Below are positions 8,383 to 16,811 of a stretch of 64,000 bases of DNA, one piece after another. Position 1 is the stretch's first letter. Every line of letters begins with the position of its first letter. Location: the sequence record DRR723986_1737; one strand, written 5' to 3'. The notes under the pieces are model-generated. The model had not been told where the DNA came from. It saw only the letters and a program-made list of their open reading frames with translations, and searched no databases. Made by a program: the position numbers and the translations under genes.

Positions 8383-10030
8383 GTGCGTCCTCCTGAGCGG
8401 TGATGCCGCGGAACAGCAGTAAGACGGGTAGCAAACCGATGAGCACAATCGCCAGCGCCGGCGTGGCCGCATCCGCGAGGCGTTCATCGGAGGCCAGCTC
8501 ATAGGTGCGCACTGCCAGGGTGTTGAAATTGAATGGGCGCAGGATCAGGGTGGTGGGCAATTCCTTGAGCACGTCCACAAACACCAGCAGCAGGGCACCG
8601 AGCAGGCTGGCGCGCAGGATCGGCAAGTGAACCCGGCGCAACAGGCCAGTGGGTGATTCGCCCAGGGCACGCCCGGACTCGTCCAGGCTGGGCTTGATCC
8701 GCGCGAGCCCGGACTCCACGGTTTGCAGGGAGACAGAGAGAAAGCGCACCACGTAGGCGAATACCAGGGCCACGAGCGTGCCGCTGAGAATCAGTCCCGT
8801 GGAAACCCCGAGCCAGTCCCGAGCCAGGGTATCGATCCGGTTGTCCAGCCAGGCAAAGGGAATGAGTACGCCAACGGCGATTACGGTGCCGGGGATCGCG
8901 TAACCCATGGCTGCGATGCGGCTTGCGGTGATTTCCGTCGCCCCCGGTGACAGGCGCTTGCCATAGCCCAGTAACAGCGCCACCAGCAGGCAGCAGCCGG
9001 CGCTACCGGCGGCCAGCAGGAAGCTGTTCCAGACCAGCTGGGCAAACTGCGCGTTAAGATTCGTTTGCCAGTGAGCGCCTGCCCATAGTGCCAGCTGGCA
9101 AGCCGGGATGAGAAAGCCCAACAGCACGATAACGACGGCGAACCCGGTAGCTGCCGGGCCACTCCAGCCGCTCAGCGCAAGACGTGTAGGCTGGCGCGCG
9201 GCCGTGCCATGGTGATACCGCAGCCGTGCGCGGGATACCCGCTCCAGGGCGAACAGGGTAAACACGAAGATCAGCAGCAGAGCCGCCAGCTGGGCCGCGG
9301 TGGTAAGTTCGCCCAGGCCGTACCAGGTCCGGAAAATACCGGTGGTAAACACACTCACGCCGAAATAGGCCACGGTGCCGTAGTCCGCCAGGGTTTCCAT
9401 CAGGGCCAGGCTGACGCCAGCGGCGATCGCCGGGCGCGCGAGTGGCAGACCAAGTTCGAACAGTGCCTGTCGCGGGTTTCGGCCGAGGCTGCGGCTGGCT
9501 TCGAGCAGGGCTGTGGACTGTTGCGCGAAGGCAACCCGGGCCAGCAGGTAAACGTAGGGATACAGGACCAGGGAGAGCATGACGATCGCGCCGCCGAGCG
9601 AGCGTATTTGCGGAAAGTAGTAATCACCGTAAGCCCAGCCGAAGGTCTCACGCAGCGCCTGCTGGACCGGCCCGCTGAAATCCAGCAGGCCGGCATAGGT
9701 GTAGGCGATGATATAGGCCGGCATTGCCATCGGCAGCAGCAGGGCGGCGCTGAGCAGGCGGCGGCCGGGGAAATCGCACATCGCCGTCAGCCAGGCAGTG
9801 CTCACACCCAGCAGGAAGGTGCCCAGTCCGACGCCGAGCATGAGCCCGAGCGAGTTGAGCACATAGTCTGACAACACGGTGTCGGCCAGGTGGCGCCAGG
9901 CCGGTGAAAAGGGCTGGGTAAGACTGGATACGATTACCAGCAGGGGCAGCGATAGCAGCAGGGCCACGCTCACCAGCGCGGCGCGCCAGCGGCGATTGAC
10001 CCCGGTGGCGACCGGGAGCGACCAGGTCAC
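8375..10030 (-). CDS. fbpB: Fe3+ ABC transporter permease
   Basis: 551 aa, two permease repeats with EAA-type loops, METLADYG and DVLKELP motifs. Confidence 0.92.
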   Translation of the reverse strand: MTWSLPVATGVNRRWRAALVSVALLLSLPLLVIVSSLTQPFSPAWRHLADTVLSDYVLNSLGLMLGVGLGTFLLGVSTAWLTAMCDFPGRRLLSAALLLPMAMPAYIIAYTYAGLLDFSGPVQQALRETFGWAYGDYYFPQIRSLGGAIVMLSLVLYPYVYLLARVAFAQQSTALLEASRSLGRNPRQALFELGLPLARPAIAAGVSLALMETLADYGTVAYFGVSVFTTGIFRTWYGLGELTTAAQLAALLLIFVFTLFALERVSRARLRYHHGTAARQPTRLALSGWSGPAATGFAVVIVLLGFLIPACQLALWAGAHWQTNLNAQFAQLVWNSFLLAAGSAGCCLLVALLLGYGKRLSPGATEITASRIAAMGYAIPGTVIAVGVLIPFAWLDNRIDTLARDWLGVSTGLILSGTLVALVFAYVVRFLSVSLQTVESGLARIKPSLDESGRALGESPTGLLRRVHLPILRASLLGALLLVFVDVLKELPTTLILRPFNFNTLAVRTYELASDERLADAATPALAIVLIGLLPVLLLFRGITAQEDARG

Positions 10031-10038
10031 GGCTCCGC

Positions 10039-11070
10039 TCAGCGCCAGCTAGCCCGGTCCATGGCCATCACTGCGGCCGCATTGAGGCGTCCAAGTTCCG
10101 CTACTGGCACCTCGTCCGCCTTGAAGCTGCCCCAGGATGCCAGCAGCGCACTGGGTGGAATGTCAGCACGCACCGGGTATTCGTTATTGGTTTCTGCATA
10201 CCATTGCTGGCTCTCGTCCCGGGTGAGGAATTCGATGAGCTGCAGTGCAGCCTCCGGGTTCTTCGCAGCGGCGGTAACGCCGGCGCCGGACACATTGATG
10301 TGGGTGCCGCGCCCATCCTGGTCTGGCCAGAAAATAGCCACCTTGGCGGCTGCCGCCTGCTGTTCAGCGATTCCCGAGGTGATCATGCCGCCCAGGTAAT
10401 AGCTATTGACCACCGCGATATCGCACTGGCCGGCTGCCACAGCGGCAATCTGGTCGCGATCACCACCTTGTGGCGGGCGGGCGAAATTCGCCACAAAGCC
10501 CTTCAGCCACGCCTCGGTGTGCTCCTGCCCGCGGGTGGCGAGCATGCCGGCAACCAGGGACTGGTTGTAGATATTGTCCGAGGAGCGAATGCAAATACGG
10601 CCACGCCATTGTGGCTCGGCAAGCGCGTCGTAGCTGCTGAGCTCATCGGCGGTGACCCGGTCCCGTGCGAAGACAATGGCTCGAGCGCGAACGCTGAGAC
10701 CGTACCAATAACCCTCGGCGCTGCGCAGGTGTGCGGGGATTGCCGCGGCCAGGCCCGGGGAGGGCATGGCCCGCAGTACGCCGGCTTCCTGCGCGCGATA
10801 GAGGCGGCCGACATCGGTGCTGATGAGCAGGTCCGCGGGCGAATTCCGGCCCTCGTTCTGGAGGCGGGTCAGCAGGGCGTCGCCGGAGCCGGTCACCAGG
10901 TTAACAGTGATGCCCGTCTGCTCGGTGAACCGGTCCAGTAAGGGCTTGATCAGGGCTTCCTGGCGGGCGGAATAGACATTCACCTCGCCTGCGGACCAGC
11001 CGCTGGGGACAAAACACAGGGCGCACAGGGCCAGCAGCGTGCTGGGCAGGCGGGGGAGGATGCGGATCAT
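10039..11070 (-). CDS. fbpA: Fe3+ ABC transporter substrate-binding protein (FutA/FbpA)
   Basis: Signal peptide, VNVYSAR, iron-binding NSYY tyrosines, NNEYP. Confidence 0.92.
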   Translation of the reverse strand: MIRILPRLPSTLLALCALCFVPSGWSAGEVNVYSARQEALIKPLLDRFTEQTGITVNLVTGSGDALLTRLQNEGRNSPADLLISTDVGRLYRAQEAGVLRAMPSPGLAAAIPAHLRSAEGYWYGLSVRARAIVFARDRVTADELSSYDALAEPQWRGRICIRSSDNIYNQSLVAGMLATRGQEHTEAWLKGFVANFARPPQGGDRDQIAAVAAGQCDIAVVNSYYLGGMITSGIAEQQAAAAKVAIFWPDQDGRGTHINVSGAGVTAAAKNPEAALQLIEFLTRDESQQWYAETNNEYPVRADIPPSALLASWGSFKADEVPVAELGRLNAAAVMAMDRASWR

Positions 11071-11094
11071 TAGGTGGCTACCGGGTCAGGTTAT

Positions 11095-11120
11095 TGAGAA
11101 CGCTAATTATTCTCATTTAG
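11095..11120 (-). promoter_or_regulatory. Probable Fur box upstream of the Fe3+ ABC operon
   Basis: Minus strand CTAAATGAGAATAATTAGC (11120-11102) matches 13/19 of GATAATGATAATCATTATC; TGAGAA/TTCTCA inverted repeat. Confidence 0.8.
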
Positions 11121-11254
11121 CCACATGAAAGCAAGCCACAGGCCCTGCGATTAGACCCAGCTGGCCCTGCGGCGGTTGGTCAGCAATTTGTTAATGCTGA
11201 ATCAGGGTTAGAATGCGCAGTTTAACAGACAGTTAGCCTGAGCGAGGTAGCCAG

Positions 11255-12046
11255 ATGAAGGGAAACCACAGCCGAACCGGCCTGCGTGCCGCGTCCCCGT
11301 GCAGGGCGGTAGGACGACGCTCTTCATCCCTGCTGCGCTGGTGTCTCCTGTGGTCCTTTAGTGCCTTCCTGGCGGGCTGCGGCGACGATCCAATCATTAC
11401 CGCCTCTGAGTGCGATCACGGCCTGACAGCGGAGGAGGCGACAAATGGTTGGCGTGTGCTGTTTGACGGCAGCAGCCTTGCACAGTGGCGCAGCTACGGC
11501 GAACAGACGGTCGATGATGGCTGGGTGATTGAGAATGGCTGCCTCGCCCGGGTCGGCTGGGCTGGCGACCTTATCACCCGCGAACAGTATGGTGACTTCG
11601 AGCTCAAGCTGGACTGGCGCATTTCCGATTCTGGTAATAGCGGCATCTTCATTCGCGGCGACGAGTCGGGCAGGTCGCTGCCCCAGACGGCGCTGGAGAT
11701 GCAGGTGCTGGACAATCACGGGCACTGGGACGGAGACGACCCGACTCATCGCGCCGGTGCATATTACGACATGATCGCCCCGGGACATGACACCAGCCGT
11801 CCGCCGGGCACCTGGAACGCGGTGCATATCATCGCCCGAGGTCCCCATGTGGAGTTCTGGCTGAACGGGCAACAAACGGCCAGTTTCGAGCAGGGCAGCG
11901 ACGCGTGGCGCGAACTGTATGCGCAGAGCAAATTCGCCGATCGCCCTGCGTACGGCTCACTGCTGCGCGGTCATATCGGCTTGCAGGATCACTGGGACAA
12001 GGTGTGGTACCGGAACATCCGGGTACTGCCGCTGGACGCTGAGTGA
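11255..12046 (+). CDS. DUF1080 (3-keto-disaccharide hydrolase-like) lipoprotein
   Basis: LAGC lipobox; GW..LFDG, YGDFEL, NSGIF, EMQVLD, GHIGLQDH, YRNIRV. Confidence 0.9.
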   Translation: MKGNHSRTGLRAASPCRAVGRRSSSLLRWCLLWSFSAFLAGCGDDPIITASECDHGLTAEEATNGWRVLFDGSSLAQWRSYGEQTVDDGWVIENGCLARVGWAGDLITREQYGDFELKLDWRISDSGNSGIFIRGDESGRSLPQTALEMQVLDNHGHWDGDDPTHRAGAYYDMIAPGHDTSRPPGTWNAVHIIARGPHVEFWLNGQQTASFEQGSDAWRELYAQSKFADRPAYGSLLRGHIGLQDHWDKVWYRNIRVLPLDAE

Positions 12047-12148
12047 CCATCGTCAGTGCGCTGTTGGTTCGGTAACCGGGGTATTGCCGGATAAAGCACT
12101 TTACGCAATAGGTTGGCGATGCAATGCTAGCGAGCCTGCCTAAGCGGC

Positions 12149-14086
12149 ATGGGGGCTACAGATATGGCGAAGAACAGGGATGATCAGGACGAGGAACTGA
12201 CCCGGGCGGCTGATCTTGCGCCCGATAGTGAGCCCGTCGATCAGAATGATGCGACGCTGGTCGCAAAGAAAGTTCAGCCACGGCAGACAGCCCTTGACCC
12301 GACCATTGTGCTCGGCGATCAGGATGGCGAAGGGGATGCCACGGTACTTGCTGGTGGCGACAGCACCGCAGCTGATCCACTTGACCCAACGATCGTGCTC
12401 GGTGGTAACCCGACCTCCCAGGGCCTGGAAGCGACAGTGGTTCTGGGTGACGACGGCAGGGATGCAGCGGCACTCGATCCGACGGTAATCCTCGGCGACC
12501 AGGCACAGCCGGTCGATGAGGATGACGCGACCCAGGTCAGCAGTCCCCCCGCAGACGGTGATGCCACGCTTTTGGAAGGGCAGGCCTCCGGGGTAGCGGA
12601 TGTCGCGCCCGAAGCGGGGACGGTGGTGCCGGCTTCCGGTTCCACTGCACCCGGTACCAGAACCCGCAAAGCAGACGTTCCACTGACTTCCAGGGACTCT
12701 CCCACCGGGGTCGCTGCCGCGGCTGGAGCCCTGACGGCTGCTGGTGAGGGCAAGTCGACCTCCGCCGGCAAGAGCACTGAATCCCTGATGGGTGACCAGG
12801 CCTCGGCCATTGGTATTGGCAAGATCGTCGACCAGCGTTTCGTGCTCGAGGAGGAGCTTGGCAGGGGTGGTATGGGTATCGTATTCAGGGCCAGGGACCT
12901 GGTGAAGGAACAGGCCCGTGATCCCAACCCCTATGTTGCGGTAAAGATCCTGGGCGCGACCTTCAAGGAACACCCGGACGCCTGGATCTCCCTGCAGCGG
13001 GAAGTGAAGAAAACCCAGTCGCTGGCGCACCCCCGGATTGTCACCATCCACGATTTCCAGATCGACCGGGATACCGGCCTGCCATTCTGCCAGATGGAGG
13101 AATTGCGCGGCCGCTCCCTTGACCAGGTGATCAAGGAATCGCCCGAGGGCCTGGAGGACAAGGCCTTTGCCAGTAGTATTCTCATGGGTATCGCCGACGG
13201 GCTGGACTATGCGCACCGCCGCGGCATCGTGCACTCCGACTTGAAGCCGCCGAACGTTTTCCTGACTGAGGAGAACGAGGTAAAGATTCTCGATTTCGGG
13301 ATCGCCCGTGCCGTGCCCGGTACCGAAGACGATCGAGACGACTGGGATGCCGGCAGCATGGGGGCGCTGACGCCGGCCTACGCCTCGCCTGAGATGTTCG
13401 AAGGCAAACCTCCGGCGGCAGCGGACGATGTCTTTGCGCTAGGCCTGATAGCGATGCGCCTGTACACCGGTCAGCATCCGTTCAAGGAGGTCCTCAGGGC
13501 GCGTAAGCCTGCAGTAGAGGCGCGGGATCGGGGCCTGAAAGTCGAGCGGTTGAAGTTTCTCAAACGCAACCAGTGGCGGGCTATTGAGGCCAGCCTGGCC
13601 TTCGAGCGTGAGGACCGTCTGCCGGACGCGGGGGCCTTTCTCAAGCAGTTCCGGCGCCGGAGTGCGCTGCCTCTGTACTTTGGTATTGCGCTGGCGTTGA
13701 TGTCGGCCGTTTTGGTGTGGTCTATCTGGATTCGGGAAGTTGAGATGGTGCCCGAGATCCCCTTTGCTGAGCTGCCCCAGGCTCGGCAACAGGCGTTTAC
13801 CGCGGCAGTCGAGGAGGGCTGGCTCGCCCATCGATTGGGCGACTACAACGGCGCGCTAATTTATTTCAATCAGGCCTATGATCTGCATCCATTCAACCCG
13901 GACGCGATGGCGGGCCTGGATAAGATCGTGGAGTTGGTGCTGGATTTGCCCTCTGGAGAGGGTTCGGAGTCGGCGCAGGCGAAGCTGGATCGCATCCGGG
14001 TGTTGCAGCGCTATCCCGCGCTGGCGGAACGGGCGGACCTGGCCAGGGCGCAGCGTGAGTTGGAAAGACAGCTGGCAGGGCAGTAA
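12149..14086 (+). CDS. Membrane-anchored Hanks-type Ser/Thr protein kinase with repetitive acidic N-terminus and C-terminal TPR-like region (start may be 12164)
   Basis: LGRGGMG, VAVKIL, HSDLKPPN, DFG, YASPE; TM helix LYFGIALALMSAVLVWSIW; TPR-like helix pair after it. Confidence 0.92.
   Translation: MGATDMAKNRDDQDEELTRAADLAPDSEPVDQNDATLVAKKVQPRQTALDPTIVLGDQDGEGDATVLAGGDSTAADPLDPTIVLGGNPTSQGLEATVVLGDDGRDAAALDPTVILGDQAQPVDEDDATQVSSPPADGDATLLEGQASGVADVAPEAGTVVPASGSTAPGTRTRKADVPLTSRDSPTGVAAAAGALTAAGEGKSTSAGKSTESLMGDQASAIGIGKIVDQRFVLEEELGRGGMGIVFRARDLVKEQARDPNPYVAVKILGATFKEHPDAWISLQREVKKTQSLAHPRIVTIHDFQIDRDTGLPFCQMEELRGRSLDQVIKESPEGLEDKAFASSILMGIADGLDYAHRRGIVHSDLKPPNVFLTEENEVKILDFGIARAVPGTEDDRDDWDAGSMGALTPAYASPEMFEGKPPAAADDVFALGLIAMRLYTGQHPFKEVLRARKPAVEARDRGLKVERLKFLKRNQWRAIEASLAFEREDRLPDAGAFLKQFRRRSALPLYFGIALALMSAVLVWSIWIREVEMVPEIPFAELPQARQQAFTAAVEEGWLAHRLGDYNGALIYFNQAYDLHPFNPDAMAGLDKIVELVLDLPSGEGSESAQAKLDRIRVLQRYPALAERADLARAQRELERQLAGQ
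12248..12630 (+). repeat. Intragenic repeats encoding about 7-8 (D/E)-(A/P)-T-hydrophobic motifs
   Basis: DATLV, DPTIVLG, DATVL, DPTIVLG, EATVVLG, DPTVILG, DATQV, DATLL. Confidence 0.8.
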
Positions 14087-14106
14087 GCGCAGCGCCGCTG
14101 GTCGGC

Positions 14107-14940
14107 TCAGCGCCAGGGACCGTCGGCCAGGAATGCTGGCCAGATGTCGGTCCAGCAACAGCGGTGGTCGAAGTCCGGGTAGGTCCGCAGCGGCGGCGGG
14201 TCCAACCCCAGGCGGTCAGTGAATGAGGCAGTAACGCCGGGGGACACGGTAGTATCGCGCGCCCCAACAAGATGAATTTGCCGGTGCGTGGCCAGCCGGG
14301 CGGCGCGGTCTACCGGATTCAGTGAACCCGACAGCGGCAAATAGGATTTCTGTGTTGTCCACAGGTCTGTGTCGAGGTTGGCAGCGATGGTCACCAGCGC
14401 AACCGTGGTATCCATCTCCGTCGCCAGCAACGCCGCCAGCGCACCACCCCCACTGTAGCCGACCAGCACCAATTCAGCTGGCTGGTATCGCGCGATGTAA
14501 ATCTCGACCACACGGCGCATGCTGCTCACGATAGCGCCGGAATAGCGCTCACTGGTCCAGTGGGCTGGATTGCAGTCGGCCTCGCCGGCCAGCCCGAAAT
14601 AGCAGGGCCGCCCGATATATACGCTGGGTTCGGGATCGAGTGCCATCAGCTCGAGGGCGAGAGCGCGGCGCGGGGTCGGGTCCTTTGCCGGAAAGCGGCC
14701 GCGTAGCCAGGGGCTGCCGTCTCCCTCGATATAAACATGCAGCGAGCCACCGCTGGCCCAACCGTCCAGGCTTTCGTAGGCAACATGCTGCCAGCCAAGC
14801 CCCTGGTGACGCACTTCGGTAAACCCGTTGCGCGTGGCGATACTGGCGGCATCCTGGTTAAGAGTTGCGCAGGCAGAGAGCATCAGCAGGCACAAAAGCG
14901 CCGTTATTAGCATTAGATGCTGACGGAAAACCTGGGTCAT
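14107..14940 (-). CDS. Lipoprotein alpha/beta-hydrolase
   Basis: LSAC lipobox, HVYIEGDG, GYSGGG nucleophile elbow, D and H (FDHRCCW) triad candidates. Confidence 0.85.
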   Translation of the reverse strand: MTQVFRQHLMLITALLCLLMLSACATLNQDAASIATRNGFTEVRHQGLGWQHVAYESLDGWASGGSLHVYIEGDGSPWLRGRFPAKDPTPRRALALELMALDPEPSVYIGRPCYFGLAGEADCNPAHWTSERYSGAIVSSMRRVVEIYIARYQPAELVLVGYSGGGALAALLATEMDTTVALVTIAANLDTDLWTTQKSYLPLSGSLNPVDRAARLATHRQIHLVGARDTTVSPGVTASFTDRLGLDPPPLRTYPDFDHRCCWTDIWPAFLADGPWR

Positions 14941-15029
14941 GATTCTGGTTTGGCGAGGGTGCTCACTTGACTGTAGCAGGGTTCGGGGCTTAACTGTCTG
15001 CAATAATACCAAAGGCGGCTGGGGGCAGC

Positions 15030-16730
15030 ATGTCAGTATCAGGTCCGTCACTTCGAAGGGGCCAATTGGCAGTTATTGGCCGCTTGTTCCATGCCGCAGG
15101 CAAAATTGCGGTTCGCTACTGGCTTGCCCTGAGCCTGGTCGGCAGCCTGTCGACACTGGTCACGGCACCGGCTGTCGCGAAGCCGGAAGAGGCCATCCCG
15201 GAGTCTGCCCGGATTGCCGATTTGCAGATCGTTGATTGCCTGCTTCCGGGGATGGTTCGTCGTCTCGGTAACTCCCAGTACATCACCCCCCGCCGGCCGG
15301 TAAAGACAACCGCCGCGGATTGCCGTATTCGCGGCGGGGAATATACCGCTTTCGATCGGGCGGATTACAAGACAGCCCTCGCCATCTGGATGCCTGCTGC
15401 CCAGTCGGGCGACGCGGAGGCGCAGACCAACGTCGGCGAGATCTACGAGCGCGGGCTCGGGGGTGAGCCAAATTACCAGGCGGCATTTATCTGGTATGAA
15501 CGCGCTGCCAACCAGGGCGACACCCGTGCCCAGTTTAATCTTGGCACCCTCTACGAGCAGGGGCTGGGCGTACCAAAAGACAGGGTGCAGGCGCTCAACT
15601 GGTACCGCAAGGCCTGGGGTATCCCCGAGGACAGCGTCATCTTTCAGTCGGCCGCCGCAGCTGAGACGGCCGAGCTACGCGCCCAGCTAGACAAAGCGGT
15701 CAAGGAACGCGACAGCCGGATCAATCGACTGGAGCGTGAATTGCGGGAACTGGAGGAGAAGGCGTCCCAGCCGGCTCCGGCGCAAGGTCAGGATACCAGC
15801 GAGCTGGAAGAAGAGATTCGCGACCTCAAGGATTGGATCGCCTCACTTGAGAGCGAGAAGCAGGAATCGGTCGCCCAGCTTGATGCCCTGCCCAAGCTGC
15901 GCCAGCCAATGAAACAGGGAGAGTTACGTTCGCTCCCAGGTCCCGAAACCTCGCTGAAGAGCGGCGATATCGATTTCGGGCGCTACTACGCGCTGATCAT
16001 CGGCAACCAGCGCTACAGCAATATTGAGAGCCTGGACACGCCGGAGAAAGATGCGCAGGAGATGGCGCAACTGCTGCGGGACAAATACGGCTTCTCTGTT
16101 GAGATCCTGCTCAATGCAGACAACATCAAGGTCATGGAGACGATCAATGACCTCAACGAGAAGCTGGATGAGAACGACAACCTGCTGATTTATTATGCGG
16201 GCCATGGCGCCCGGGTGCAGGCCGGTGGTATCGAAAGCGGCTACTGGCTGCCCACCAATGCAGAGCCCCCGCCGCGGGACACCTACTGGGTATCCAACGA
16301 GTTTGTAACCGGTCACCTGGGTCGGATCAAGGCGAAGCGGGTGATGGTTGTCGCGGACTCCTGTTACGCCGGTCTGTTGTCTGATGCGCCGGACTACCTG
16401 ATGCTCAAGGATGCGCCGGAATACACCGACGAGTTCCTGCGGTATAAACTGCCCAAGCGTTCGCGCTTGTTGCTGGCATCCGGCGGTGACCAGCCGGTAC
16501 TCGACAATGGGGCCCCTGGGCATTCGGTGTTCGCCTCGGTGCTGCTGGAAACCCTGCGTAACAATCAAAACGTGATGTCCGGTCCGCAGCTGTTTGCAAC
16601 TATTGATGAAGAAGTGAAACGTCGGTCCAAGGCTGCTGGCTTTGGCCAGGAGGCTGAGTACAAGATCATCAAGGGCGCGGGGCACGAAGTGGGCGACTTC
16701 TTCTTTGTGCCGGTTGCGTCGCGTTCCTGA
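15030..16730 (+). CDS. Exported caspase-like peptidase (C14) with SEL1 repeats and coiled coil
   Basis: Signal-peptide-like segment ending AVA; SEL1 repeats (AQTNVGEIYERG, AQFNLGTLYEQG); YYALIIGN, YYAGHG and ADSCY His-Cys dyad. Confidence 0.9.
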   Translation: MSVSGPSLRRGQLAVIGRLFHAAGKIAVRYWLALSLVGSLSTLVTAPAVAKPEEAIPESARIADLQIVDCLLPGMVRRLGNSQYITPRRPVKTTAADCRIRGGEYTAFDRADYKTALAIWMPAAQSGDAEAQTNVGEIYERGLGGEPNYQAAFIWYERAANQGDTRAQFNLGTLYEQGLGVPKDRVQALNWYRKAWGIPEDSVIFQSAAAAETAELRAQLDKAVKERDSRINRLERELRELEEKASQPAPAQGQDTSELEEEIRDLKDWIASLESEKQESVAQLDALPKLRQPMKQGELRSLPGPETSLKSGDIDFGRYYALIIGNQRYSNIESLDTPEKDAQEMAQLLRDKYGFSVEILLNADNIKVMETINDLNEKLDENDNLLIYYAGHGARVQAGGIESGYWLPTNAEPPPRDTYWVSNEFVTGHLGRIKAKRVMVVADSCYAGLLSDAPDYLMLKDAPEYTDEFLRYKLPKRSRLLLASGGDQPVLDNGAPGHSVFASVLLETLRNNQNVMSGPQLFATIDEEVKRRSKAAGFGQEAEYKIIKGAGHEVGDFFFVPVASRS

Positions 16731-16811
16731 TTCGGGATGAGCATGTGCTGGAGCTGCGCCTCTTGTGGCCAGTTGGCACACTGGTAGTCTCAGGATCGAA
16801 TTCCGAAACTC

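Noticed and set aside
12149-16730. Kinase plus caspase as an anti-phage or gasdermin-type death system
   Set aside because: No gasdermin, NLR/STAND, TIR or CBASS gene nearby, and the caspase appears exported; not excluded but unsupported
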